A model generated the notes under the pieces. That model was not told the origin of the DNA. It saw only the letters and a program-made list of their open reading frames with translations, and ran no database searches. This document shows positions 47,554 to 56,106 of a stretch of DNA of 56,106 bases, piece after piece. Numbering within the stretch: the stretch's first letter is position 1; the number at the start of each line of letters is the position of its first letter. The translations under genes and the position numbers were made by a program. Origin of the DNA: Dehalococcoidia bacterium (GTDB lineage: Bacteria > Chloroflexota > Dehalococcoidia > Lucifugimonadales > CAJWER01); assembly GCA_963666125.1 (NCBI GenBank), contig OY762633.1, positions 1-56,106 on the forward strand, read 5' to 3'.

Positions 47554-48287
47554 ACGACACCCCCAGGCCCGTGACCCAGCACCTCGTGGAGCTCCGCAGG
47601 CGCGTCACGCTCTCCGTCGCCGCGGTCGTGCTCGGCATGGTGGTCGCCTTCCTGTTCCACAGGCCGATCCTCAGGCTGCTCCAGGCGCCCGCGCCGGAGT
47701 GCGGCGGCATCCCGGTAAACCAGCTTATCTTCACCGAGCCGACAGAGTTCATCGGCATCGCGTTCAAGGTGTCGCTGCTGGCGGGGTTCGTGATGGCGCT
47801 GCCGTTCGTGCTGCTCCAGGTAGTGCTCTTCGTGGCGCCGGGGCTCACGGGCACCGAGCGGAGGTACCTGTTCGCGCTGCTGCCGGTGGCTCTGGCGGCC
47901 TTCGCCCTGGGCGCGGCCTTCGGGTACTTCGTCCTCTTCCCTCCGGCCTTCAAGTTCCTATGCACCTTCGGCAGCGACGTGGCCACGCCGTTCATCAGGA
48001 TAGGCAGCTACACGAACCTGATGCTGACGCTGCTGTTCTGGATGGGGGTGGTATTCGAGACGCCGGTGGTCCTGTTCTTCCTGTCCAGGATCGGGGTCGT
48101 GTCCTACTCCCAGCTTGCGCGGTGGCGCAAGTACGCCGTGGTGGCGGCGTTCATACTGGGAGCGATCATCACACCGACGCTCGACCCGGTGAACCAGACC
48201 ATCGTGGCGCTGCCGATCATCGTGCTCTACGAAGTGGGCATCTGGCTGGCGCGGCTTGGCGGCAGGGGCAGGCGGCAGGCGGGGTAA
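47550..48287 (+). CDS. tatC: Twin-arginine translocase subunit TatC
   Basis: HLVELRRR, FVAPGL, FETP, AIITPTLD, LYE. Confidence 0.95.
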   Translation: MNDTPRPVTQHLVELRRRVTLSVAAVVLGMVVAFLFHRPILRLLQAPAPECGGIPVNQLIFTEPTEFIGIAFKVSLLAGFVMALPFVLLQVVLFVAPGLTGTERRYLFALLPVALAAFALGAAFGYFVLFPPAFKFLCTFGSDVATPFIRIGSYTNLMLTLLFWMGVVFETPVVLFFLSRIGVVSYSQLARWRKYAVVAAFILGAIITPTLDPVNQTIVALPIIVLYEVGIWLARLGGRGRRQAG

Positions 48288-48338
48288 GATGAGTGACGAT
48301 GGCCTTGACGACCCAGGCCGGAGTGCTACACTCTTCTC

Positions 48339-48692
48339 ATGGGAACGTTCAAGGCGCGCATCGGCGTGAGTGACGGCAATGGTGGTCCAACCCACTGGGT
48401 CGACGCCCTAGTGGACACGGGTGCAACCTATACTGTGCTGCCGGGGTCCCTGTGCAATCGGCTGGGCATCCGGCCCAGGAGGAATCTCGAGTTCACCTTA
48501 GCGGACGGTAGACGCAAGACGTTGCCTGTAGGCGATGCATACTTGACCGTGGCCGGGATGGACGGCCCCAACCGAGTAGTCTTTGGAGAGGAAGGGCAGT
48601 ACCTGCTTGGGGCTACAGCACTACAAGTGCTGGGCCTCATCCCCGACACGACTCACCACAAGCTGATCCCTGCCCCCAGCTTGCCCCTCTAG
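48339..48692 (+). CDS. Clan AA (retropepsin-like) aspartyl protease
   Basis: LVDTGAT, LADG, LLG..ALQ.LG; TTGACG-N16-TACACT promoter 6 nt before the ATG. Confidence 0.85.
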   Translation: MGTFKARIGVSDGNGGPTHWVDALVDTGATYTVLPGSLCNRLGIRPRRNLEFTLADGRRKTLPVGDAYLTVAGMDGPNRVVFGEEGQYLLGATALQVLGLIPDTTHHKLIPAPSLPL

Positions 48693-48703
48693 ACATCCCG
48701 GGT

Positions 48704-48898
48704 TCAGGTCTTCTTGGAGCCGGCGTCGTCGCCTTCGAGGGCCTTGGCGTCCTCGTCCTTGGAGGAGACGGAGCCCCTGAACTCGCGGATTGCCTTTCCC
48801 ATGGCTCCCCCAATCTCAGGAAGCTTCCCGGCGCCGAATATGATCAGCACGATCACCAGTCCGAGAATCAACTCGGTCGGGCCTAGGTTGAACGGCAT
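48704..48898 (-). CDS. tatA: Twin-arginine translocase subunit TatA
   Basis: LGPTEL, IIFGAGKLPEIG, GKAIREFR; GGAGG RBS. Confidence 0.93.
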   Translation of the reverse strand: MPFNLGPTELILGLVIVLIIFGAGKLPEIGGAMGKAIREFRGSVSSKDEDAKALEGDDAGSKKT

Positions 48899-48930
48899 CT
48901 GTTCCCTCCGTAATGCGGGAAGGCTCCCGG

Positions 48931-49077
48931 CTAGAAGTCCTCGTCGCGGACCTTGCGCTTCTTCTTCACGATCTCGACCTCGGGAGTCGCGGCGATGGGG
49001 CTGGCCAGGAAATCCGACCCCGTGGCCTTCTTCTTGGGCTTCTTCTTCTCTCGCTTGGCGGCGTGTCCTCTGGGCAT
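48931..49077 (-). CDS. 48-aa Lys-rich small protein (absent from the ORF track)
   Basis: MPRGHAAKREKKKPKKKATGSDFLASPIAATPEVEIVKKKRKVRDEDF; GGGAGG RBS; GC-rich third codon positions. Confidence 0.7.
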   Translation of the reverse strand: MPRGHAAKREKKKPKKKATGSDFLASPIAATPEVEIVKKKRKVRDEDF

Positions 49078-49235
49078 GATGACCAGCCTCCCTCAATCCC
49101 GCACGGGCCGACTCTTTCAAGGTAGTCTAGTCAATCGGAGGCCGGGTGTAAAGCGGGCCGGACCACCCGGGCGTAAGTTGTGCTTGGATGAGGCTGTTCA
49201 GTATAATGCGGCTCAACCTTCCGAAGGAGTCCCCG

Positions 49236-50168
49236 ATGCCCGAGGCTCTCGCGTTCTTCCGCGGTAAGTTCGTACCTCTCCCAGAGGCGAACGTGAACAT
49301 AACCACCCACGCCCTGCACTACGGGACGGCCGTATTCGAGGGTATCCGCGGAAACTGGAACGAAGAGCAGGGCAAGATGTTCGTCTTCCGCGCCCGGGAG
49401 CACTACGAGAGGCTCCTGCAGGGCTGCAAGATCATGCTGATGGACATTCCCTACTCGGTGGACGACCTGATGCAGATCACAATCGACCTGATCGAGCGGT
49501 GCGGCTACCGGCAGGACGTGTACATACGGCCCATCGTCTACAAGAGCCAGGAGCTGGTGGCCAACCTGAAGCTCCACGAGCTGAGCAGCGACTTCGCCCT
49601 CGTGACGGTGCCGTTCGGCTCGTATATCGAGGCCGAGGGCGCGATCCGCTGCACCACGTCGTCGTGGCGCAGGATCGACGACACGATCATCCCGCCGCGG
49701 GTGAAGATATCCGGCCACTACGTCAACAGCATCCTTGCCAAGACGGAGGCGGCGCTTGCGGGGTTCGACGAGGCCATATTCGTCAACCAGGACGGTAGCG
49801 TCTCGGAGGGGTCCGGCGAGAACCTGTTCATGGTCACGAACGGCACGCTGCATACCCCCCTGGTGAGCGAGAACAACCTGACCGGCATAACTCGCGACTC
49901 GGTCTGGCGCCTGGCCGAGGACGAGATGGGGTTGGAAGTGGTCGAGCGGAGGATCAGGCGCAGCGAGATATACCTGGCCGACGAGATCTTCCTGACGGGC
50001 ACGGCGGCGCACGTGACGCCCGTCGGCGAGCTCGACAACAGGGCCATCGGCACCGGCGACGTCGGCGAGGTGACCCACGCGCTGAGCGAGTCGTACCTGG
50101 GCATTATCCGGGGCGACAATCCCAAGTATTCCCACTGGACGACCGCCATCGTACCGGGCGGCGGGTAG
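49236..50168 (+). CDS. ilvE: Branched-chain amino acid aminotransferase
   Basis: HALHYG..VFEG, YIRP, KISGHY, EGSGENLF, GITR, GTAA. Confidence 0.95.
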   Translation: MPEALAFFRGKFVPLPEANVNITTHALHYGTAVFEGIRGNWNEEQGKMFVFRAREHYERLLQGCKIMLMDIPYSVDDLMQITIDLIERCGYRQDVYIRPIVYKSQELVANLKLHELSSDFALVTVPFGSYIEAEGAIRCTTSSWRRIDDTIIPPRVKISGHYVNSILAKTEAALAGFDEAIFVNQDGSVSEGSGENLFMVTNGTLHTPLVSENNLTGITRDSVWRLAEDEMGLEVVERRIRRSEIYLADEIFLTGTAAHVTPVGELDNRAIGTGDVGEVTHALSESYLGIIRGDNPKYSHWTTAIVPGGG

Positions 50169-50227
50169 AGAGGACCGGCACGAGACGGCCGGCCCGTGTG
50201 TCCAGGCGTGCCCCCGCTGAATGCTCG

Positions 50228-50638
50228 ATGAAGCCCTTTTCCATCGACTACTACATACTCGTCACGGTGTCGGCGGTTGGCGTGTTCCAGCTTGCGGCGA
50301 TGTACGGAGGCCTGCGCGGAATCCTGGTCTTCCCGCCTTCGCGGATCGCGGCGGCGCTGTGGGCGGCTCTCCCGGCGGCTGCCGTGGTCTGGTTCTTCGT
50401 CACCGAGGACAGGAAGGTCAGCGATCACATGGGCGGCCTGTCGTCCAACGAGATGGCCCTTACCTTCTTCGTGGGCGTCGTCACGGCGTGGGTCCTGACC
50501 GTTGCGGTAACTTCCGTACTGAACCGCAACCGCGAGGAGGTGTCCCCGGGAGCCGGGCTGGAGTCACTGTCCGGAGCCACATACTTCAGGGCTGTCCTTC
50601 ATAACGTCCGCTACTGGTATAGAGAGTGGCGCAGATAG
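50228..50638 (+). CDS. Hypothetical membrane protein
   Basis: Three hydrophobic segments; overlaps the downstream PAP2 gene. Confidence 0.65.
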   Translation: MKPFSIDYYILVTVSAVGVFQLAAMYGGLRGILVFPPSRIAAALWAALPAAAVVWFFVTEDRKVSDHMGGLSSNEMALTFFVGVVTAWVLTVAVTSVLNRNREEVSPGAGLESLSGATYFRAVLHNVRYWYREWRR

Positions 50639-51195
50639 AGCGGGACATAGTCCTGTGGCTGAACTCCGGGGCCGGGAATGTTGCAGTGCTGGACCGCCTC
50701 GCGGAGTGGCTGGTGAGCGACTACCTCGTGACCACGGTCCTGGGTCTGAGCCTCGTAGCAATCTGGTTTGGCTCCGCCCGGATGGAGAGGCAGATAGGCG
50801 TGCTCACGGCCCTCGGCGCGGTCGGCCTTGCGAACCTGGCCGTGATGATCAGCAATTCCCTCTACTTCCGGGACCGGCCGTTCGCGGACCTGGAGGTGAC
50901 GCTGCTCTTCTACCGGCCGACCGACTCGTCCATGCCGTCCAACTCAGCCGCGACGTTCGTGGGCCTGGCCGCGGCCGTCTGGGGATTCGACAGGCGCGTG
51001 GGTGCCGCGCTGCTGGCGGTGGCAGGCGTGCACGCGTTCATGCGAGTCTACTCCGGCGTGCACTACCCCTCGGACATAGCGGTGGGAGCGGCGATCGGCG
51101 TCGCCGCGGCGCTGGTGGCATACGGGCTGCGACGCCTGCTGGGGCCGATTCCGGCCGGGGCAATCAGGGCGGCGCGAGTCCTGTGCGTGGCATAG
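50626..51195 (+). CDS. PAP2-family phosphatase (BcrC-like)
   Basis: RDRPF, SMPSNS, RVYSGVHYPSD. Confidence 0.85.
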   Translation: MAQIERDIVLWLNSGAGNVAVLDRLAEWLVSDYLVTTVLGLSLVAIWFGSARMERQIGVLTALGAVGLANLAVMISNSLYFRDRPFADLEVTLLFYRPTDSSMPSNSAATFVGLAAAVWGFDRRVGAALLAVAGVHAFMRVYSGVHYPSDIAVGAAIGVAAALVAYGLRRLLGPIPAGAIRAARVLCVA

Positions 51196-51304
51196 GGTCC
51201 CGCTCATGGTGAATGAGGCATGACCCTGCCAACCTGTGTTGACGGGAGCCCTTGCGATGCCGGATAATTGGCTCCGTACAGATATACCCGTACAGGAGAG
51301 AGTC

Positions 51305-51556
51305 ATGGCGGGACGGCTTGACGTGCGGCTGGATGCAGAGCGGCGCAGGCGGTTGGAGGAGCTAGTCAGCGAGAGAGGAGAACCTATCTCAGAGGTGGTA
51401 CGTCGCCTGATCGATGACGCCTATGACGGCGTTATACAGGAACGTCGTAGACTTGCGGTCCAACGACTGGTCGAATTGGAGGTGGAAGACCCGCCGGACG
51501 CTGCTACGCTTTCTCGTGAGTTGGAGGCGGCCCATGAGCCCGGCGGCCTTTATTGA
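51305..51556 (+). CDS. Ribbon-helix-helix antitoxin (VapB/CopG-like)
   Basis: RLDVRLD...LEEL...ISEVVRRLID; overlaps the PIN gene. Confidence 0.75.
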   Translation: MAGRLDVRLDAERRRRLEELVSERGEPISEVVRRLIDDAYDGVIQERRRLAVQRLVELEVEDPPDAATLSRELEAAHEPGGLY

Positions 51557-51998
51557 CGCCAACGTTCCCATCTACGCTTCCGGTAGGGAACACCCGAACA
51601 AAGAACCATGCGCCCAGATCTTGATGATGGTCGCAGAGAGCCCAATGTCATTTGTGACGGACGTAGAGGTGCTCCAAGAGCTACTGCACCGCTATCTCGC
51701 CTCGGGCCGGTGGAGCTCGGGAAGGCAAGTCTTCCAGAGTTTCGCCGAAGTGATGCACGGCCGGATTGAACCCGTCTATGTGGAGGATATCCATTTGGCT
51801 GGGAGTCTGGCGGACCGCCATCCGGGGGTGAGCGCTCGAGACTTGGTTCACGCCTCGGTGATGGAGCGTCTGGGGGCCGACCGGATCATTTCCGCAGACA
51901 CTGACTTCGACCGCCTGCCGGGTGTGACCCGTCTGGAACCTACCCTCGTAGGGGAATGGGGCGATTCCCTACTGGATAGCCCGCCGTATGTACTTTAG
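51534..51998 (+). CDS. vapC: VapC-family PIN-domain toxin
   Basis: FIDANV, EVLQE, ARDLVH, SADTDFD. Confidence 0.88.
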   Translation: MSPAAFIDANVPIYASGREHPNKEPCAQILMMVAESPMSFVTDVEVLQELLHRYLASGRWSSGRQVFQSFAEVMHGRIEPVYVEDIHLAGSLADRHPGVSARDLVHASVMERLGADRIISADTDFDRLPGVTRLEPTLVGEWGDSLLDSPPYVL

Positions 51999-54900
51999 CC
52001 CGCGCCTGTTTGCGATGACCCGGGGCCTCCGCGGGAGGATTGCCCTCGCCGCCGTTGTGGGGCTCTTCGCGCTGGGGGCGAGCATTGCGCGGCTGGCGCT
52101 GACGGGGTGGGTGATAGCCCGCGTATTCGAGGGCGCCCCGGCGGCCGGCCTGGTCGGTCCGTTGGCAGTGCTAGGCGGGCTCATCGCGGCGCGCGCGGTT
52201 CTCCAGTACGCCCGGGATGCGGTGAGCTACCGGACCGCGACGGCGACCAAGATCTCGGTGCGGCGCCGGGTCTACGAGCATGTCCTGGCGCTGGGGCCCG
52301 GCTTCGTCGACCAGCGGCGGACGGGCGACATACTGATGTCGCTTGTGGATGGCGTGGAGAGCCTGGAGACGTTCTTCGGACAGTACCTGCCCCAGTTCAT
52401 CGTGGCGCTCACTGCGCCGGTGCTGATCTTCGCGTTCGTGGCCTTCCTTGACGTACAGACCGGGCTCATATTCCTGTCGTTCGCGCTCTTCACCCTGTTC
52501 ATTCCGCTCATGCTCCGCAACTGGACCAACACGTCAGGGCGGAGACGCAGGAAGGCGTTCGGGGAGCTTGGGGCCGAGTTCCTGGACAGCGTGCAGGGGC
52601 TGGCCACGCTCAAGGCATTCGGGCAGAGCAAGGCCCGCGGCCGGCTGCTCGCCGATAAGGCGCGCCACCTCTACCGGTCCACCATGGGGATCGTGGCGGT
52701 GGACGGCGTTTCGAGCGCAACGACGGTTCTGGGCATCTCGGCCGGCGCCACCGCCGCCCTGGTCTGGGGGGGCGTCCGCGTGAGCAACGGCGACCTGGAG
52801 CTGAGTACCCTGGTCATAGTCCTGATGCTCGGAGGCGAGGTCTTCCGCCCGGTCCGTGAGCTGGCGTCCCTATACCACCAGGGTATGGTTGCGATGGCCT
52901 CCGCCGAGGGCATCTTCTCGCTGCTGGACACGCCCGTCACGGTCAAGGAGCCGACGGAGGACCGGCGCGTCGACGACACCGATCCGGCGCCCGAGGTGAC
53001 GTTCGAGTCGGTCGACTTCGCCTACGAGGGCGGGCGACGCCCAGCCCTGCGCGACATGTCCTTCACGTTGCGGGCGGGAGAGACGCTGGGGTTGGTGGGC
53101 GCCAGCGGGGCAGGGAAGACCACCATCGTGTGGCTCCTGCTGCGGTTCTACGACCCCGCCGCGGGCAGGATCCTCCTGGGAGGCCACGATCTGCGCGACC
53201 TTCCCATCGACTTCCTGCGGAGCAGGATCTCGGTCGTCACCCAGGAGACGTACCTGTTCAACGGGACGGTGGCTGAGAACCTGCGCGTCGGGAAGCCGGA
53301 CGCCTCGCATGGGGAGCTGGAGGAGGCCGCGCGAGCCGCCAACGCCCACGAGTTCATATCGGCGCTGCCGAACGGCTTCGAGACGGTGGTGGGCGAGCGT
53401 GGCATCAAGCTGTCGGGTGGCGAGCGGCAGCGGATCGCGATTGCGCGCGCCCTGCTGAAGGCCGCGCCGATACTGGTGCTGGACGAGGCCCTGTCGAGCG
53501 TGGACGCGGCGAACGAGGCTGCCATCCAGCAGGCCCTGGATCGACTCATGGAGGGGCGGACCACGCTGGTGATCGCGCACCGTCTCTCCAGCGTGGTGGG
53601 GGCGGACCGTATCCTGGTGATAGAGGACGGGCGGCTCGTGGAGTCAGGCACCCACGCCGAGCTCTCGGCCGCGGGCGGCGCGTACACGACCCTGATGGCC
53701 AACCAGCAGGCGTCACGTGGCGACGACGTCATCACGACTCGTGCGGACTCCGACGGCGACGCCGGCCGAGCGGGCGTCGCACCCCCAAGGATGGATGGAG
53801 CGAAGCCCGACGCGCCGTCAGGGGAGAGACTCGGCTCGGTGGAGGCGTGGTCGCGGCTGATGCGGGTGGCGGCCCGTTGGAAGCCGAGGCTCGCCCTGAC
53901 CCTCATCACGGGCGTGGCCCATCACGCCTCCGTGGTCGCTCTTGGCGCGGCCAGCGCGCTCCTGGTGTCCGCCGTATTCCGCGAAAACGAGCTGCTTCCT
54001 TACCTCGTGCTGCTTGCCGTGATGGCGCCGCTGACGGCCCTGTTCCGATGGGGAGAGAACTGGTCGTCACACGACTTCGCCTACAAGATACTGGCCGAGA
54101 TGCGCATCGCCCTCTACGACAAGCTGGAGCCCCTTGCGCCGGCGTACCTGGTGCGACGAAAGTCGGGAGACCTGACGGGAGTCGTGGGGAGCGACGTCGA
54201 GACGGTGGAGAACTTCTTCGCCCATGTGATCGCGCCGACATTCGTCGCAGTGCTCGCGCCTACCGTAGTGCTGGCCGTCCTGGCGGTGCTGTCGTGGCCG
54301 CTGGCGCTCGTCCTGCTGCCGTTCCTGGTCGTGGCCGCCGTCAGCCCCTTTCACGCTCAGCGGAGCACCGAGCGGCTCGGTACCGAGATGCGCAACGACC
54401 TGGGAGAGCTGAACGCCTACGTGGTCGACGGGCTGCAGGGGATCCGGGAGGTCGCGGCGTTCGGCTATGGGCCGGTGCGGGTGCGTGAGATGGCCGAGAG
54501 GGGCGGAGCGTACGCGGGCCGCCGCATCCGCTTCCTGGACACGCAGGCGCTCCACGCATCTCTCATCGAGGCGGTTACGGCGTTGGGAGGTCTGGCGGTG
54601 CTGACGGCGGGCGTCTGGCTGGTCGTCGAGGGCCGGATGGACCGGGCCGACCTTCCCCTGGCGACGCTCCTCGCCCTGTCGTCCTTTGCCCCGGTCACGG
54701 AGCTGGCGAACACCCTGAAGGCGCTGATGGACACCCTTGGGGCAGTGCGCAGGGTCTTCGACGTTCATGACGAGCAGCCGGTGGTGGCGGATGGTCCTGG
54801 CGTCACCGAGGGGCTGACGGGTGACGGCCTCATTGCGACGCCCTCGACTTCTTTCCACGGTGTCGGTTTCGCCTACGAGTCCCTCGACCGGAGGGCTATA

Positions 54901-55623
54901 GACGGCGTGACGTTTGATGTGGAGCCGGGCCAGACGGTGGCGCTGGTGGGGCGCTCGGGCGCGGGCAAGACCACGTCGGCGCACATGCTCCTGAGGTTCT
55001 GGGATCCGAACGAGGGCTGGATCGAGGCCGGCCTTCACGACCTGCGGCAGTTCGAGCTCGACGGCCTCAGGCGGCAGGCGGCGCTGGTGTCCCAGGACAT
55101 CTACCTGTTCAACGCGACGATACGGGAGAACCTGCGCATGGCCAAGCCGGACGCGCCGGACGGGGAGATTGAAGACGCAGCCAGGCTCGCCAATGCTCAC
55201 GAGTTCATCGAGTCGTTCCCGGACGGGTACGATACGATGGTGGGAGAGCGCGGGATGCAGCTATCCGGCGGCCAGCGCCAGCGCCTGTCGATAGCCAGGG
55301 CCGCGCTGAAGGACGCGCCGATACTGATCCTCGACGAGGCTACTTCGCACCTGGACGCGGTGAACGAGCAGCAGGTACGCACGGCCCTGAGGCAGCTCAT
55401 GGAGGGGCGGACGACCCTGGTCATAGCTCACCGGCTGTCGACGGTCAGGGACGCCGACCGCATCGTCGTGCTCGACTCGGGGCGACTGGTGGAGCAGGGC
55501 GACCACCGCCAACTGCTCGCCAACGGCGGCCTGTACGCCCGGCTGGTGCAGACTCAGCTGGTGAGCGCCGGGGGCAGGGGTGTTTCCACCACAGAGAACA
55601 CGGAGAGCACAGAGAATACATAA
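51988..55623 (+). CDS. Fused four-domain ABC exporter (TMD-NBD-TMD-NBD, CydDC-like)
   Basis: Two Walker A motifs (GASGAGKT, GRSGAGKT), two signatures (LSGGERQR, LSGGQRQR), two TMDs. Confidence 0.88.
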   Translation: MYFSPRLFAMTRGLRGRIALAAVVGLFALGASIARLALTGWVIARVFEGAPAAGLVGPLAVLGGLIAARAVLQYARDAVSYRTATATKISVRRRVYEHVLALGPGFVDQRRTGDILMSLVDGVESLETFFGQYLPQFIVALTAPVLIFAFVAFLDVQTGLIFLSFALFTLFIPLMLRNWTNTSGRRRRKAFGELGAEFLDSVQGLATLKAFGQSKARGRLLADKARHLYRSTMGIVAVDGVSSATTVLGISAGATAALVWGGVRVSNGDLELSTLVIVLMLGGEVFRPVRELASLYHQGMVAMASAEGIFSLLDTPVTVKEPTEDRRVDDTDPAPEVTFESVDFAYEGGRRPALRDMSFTLRAGETLGLVGASGAGKTTIVWLLLRFYDPAAGRILLGGHDLRDLPIDFLRSRISVVTQETYLFNGTVAENLRVGKPDASHGELEEAARAANAHEFISALPNGFETVVGERGIKLSGGERQRIAIARALLKAAPILVLDEALSSVDAANEAAIQQALDRLMEGRTTLVIAHRLSSVVGADRILVIEDGRLVESGTHAELSAAGGAYTTLMANQQASRGDDVITTRADSDGDAGRAGVAPPRMDGAKPDAPSGERLGSVEAWSRLMRVAARWKPRLALTLITGVAHHASVVALGAASALLVSAVFRENELLPYLVLLAVMAPLTALFRWGENWSSHDFAYKILAEMRIALYDKLEPLAPAYLVRRKSGDLTGVVGSDVETVENFFAHVIAPTFVAVLAPTVVLAVLAVLSWPLALVLLPFLVVAAVSPFHAQRSTERLGTEMRNDLGELNAYVVDGLQGIREVAAFGYGPVRVREMAERGGAYAGRRIRFLDTQALHASLIEAVTALGGLAVLTAGVWLVVEGRMDRADLPLATLLALSSFAPVTELANTLKALMDTLGAVRRVFDVHDEQPVVADGPGVTEGLTGDGLIATPSTSFHGVGFAYESLDRRAIDGVTFDVEPGQTVALVGRSGAGKTTSAHMLLRFWDPNEGWIEAGLHDLRQFELDGLRRQAALVSQDIYLFNATIRENLRMAKPDAPDGEIEDAARLANAHEFIESFPDGYDTMVGERGMQLSGGQRQRLSIARAALKDAPILILDEATSHLDAVNEQQVRTALRQLMEGRTTLVIAHRLSTVRDADRIVVLDSGRLVEQGDHRQLLANGGLYARLVQTQLVSAGGRGVSTTENTESTENT
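55590..55616 (+). repeat. Three 9-bp tandem units CAC(A/G)GAGA(A/G) in the ABC gene's 3' end
   Basis: CACAGAGAA CACGGAGAG CACAGAGAA; translates as TENTESTEN. Confidence 0.6.
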
Positions 55624-55645
55624 CGACGATAATAAGGAGGCGTCT

Positions 55646-56106
55646 ATGGCCGTGCGCAAGGTGCTGATTACGGGGGCCGCCGGGTACATCGCGAGCTACG
55701 TCATGCCGGGCCTACGCGGCAGGTATGACCTGACGCTGCTGGACGTGAGCGGCGTCGACCGCGAGGGGCGCCGCGTGGAGGGCGTGGTAACCGCCGACCT
55801 CACGGATCCTGACCGGTCCGGCTACCAGCATCACTTCGAAGGCATGGACGCGGTCATTCACCTGGGCCACAAGCGGCGGCGACGGGAGCCTCTGGACGAC
55901 TTCCACGACGAGGTCGACAACGTGCGCATGGTGTACAACGTCCTGAGGTGCGCTTACGACGCATCGGTGCCCCGGGTGGCGGTAGGCAGCTCCAACCACG
56001 CGGCCGACTGGTACGAGCACGCCCTTATACACGAGCGGAAGATGGAGGTGCTGGACCCGTACGCGCATCCACTCTCCGACAACTTCTACGGATGGGCCAA
56101 GGCGTC
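55646..56106 (+). CDS. NAD-dependent epimerase/dehydratase (truncated by window end)
   Basis: AAGGAGG RBS, VLITGAAGYIA, VIHLG, SSNHA, YGWAK. Confidence 0.85.
   Translation, partial: MAVRKVLITGAAGYIASYVMPGLRGRYDLTLLDVSGVDREGRRVEGVVTADLTDPDRSGYQHHFEGMDAVIHLGHKRRRREPLDDFHDEVDNVRMVYNVLRCAYDASVPRVAVGSSNHAADWYEHALIHERKMEVLDPYAHPLSDNFYGWAKA

Overview
High-GC bacterial chromosomal segment with about 58 protein-coding genes and no rRNA, tRNA, CRISPR array, integrase or transposase that I can see. Protein style and the rpsO-pnp-dapB-asd-dapA run suggest Chloroflexota/Dehalococcoidia, possibly a host-associated lineage (inference). From left to right: (1) a candidate lipid/sterol-tailoring cluster of an MMPL/RND transporter, a COG2907-type FAD oxidoreductase, a sterol C-24 methyltransferase-like enzyme, a GPP34-cytochrome P450 fusion and a squalene/phytoene synthase; (2) a sugar/nucleoside catabolic operon translationally coupled to that synthase; (3) a suf Fe-S operon interrupted by HEPN/PaREP1 and DUF1643 genes, carrying two sufU copies and an Rrf2 regulator with a candidate operator; (4) pth, two Kelch-repeat lipoproteins and gatCA; (5) a visibly lower-GC insert holding a CPBP protease and a three-gene cassette of N6-adenine methylase, ParB-like protein and Mrr/PD-(D/E)xK-like nuclease (candidate defence system); (6) housekeeping genes (malate synthase, purA, dapA/asd/dapB, pnp, rpsO, ispH, aminotransferase, metF, lipA, rlmD-like, maf, tat, ilvE), a vapBC pair and a fused four-domain ABC exporter. 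Several REP-like palindromes lie at gene ends. The strongest candidates for undescribed systems are the sterol/lipid-tailoring cluster (134-8173) and the methylase-ParB-nuclease cassette (28131-31052). All family calls come from reading motifs by eye; no searches were run.
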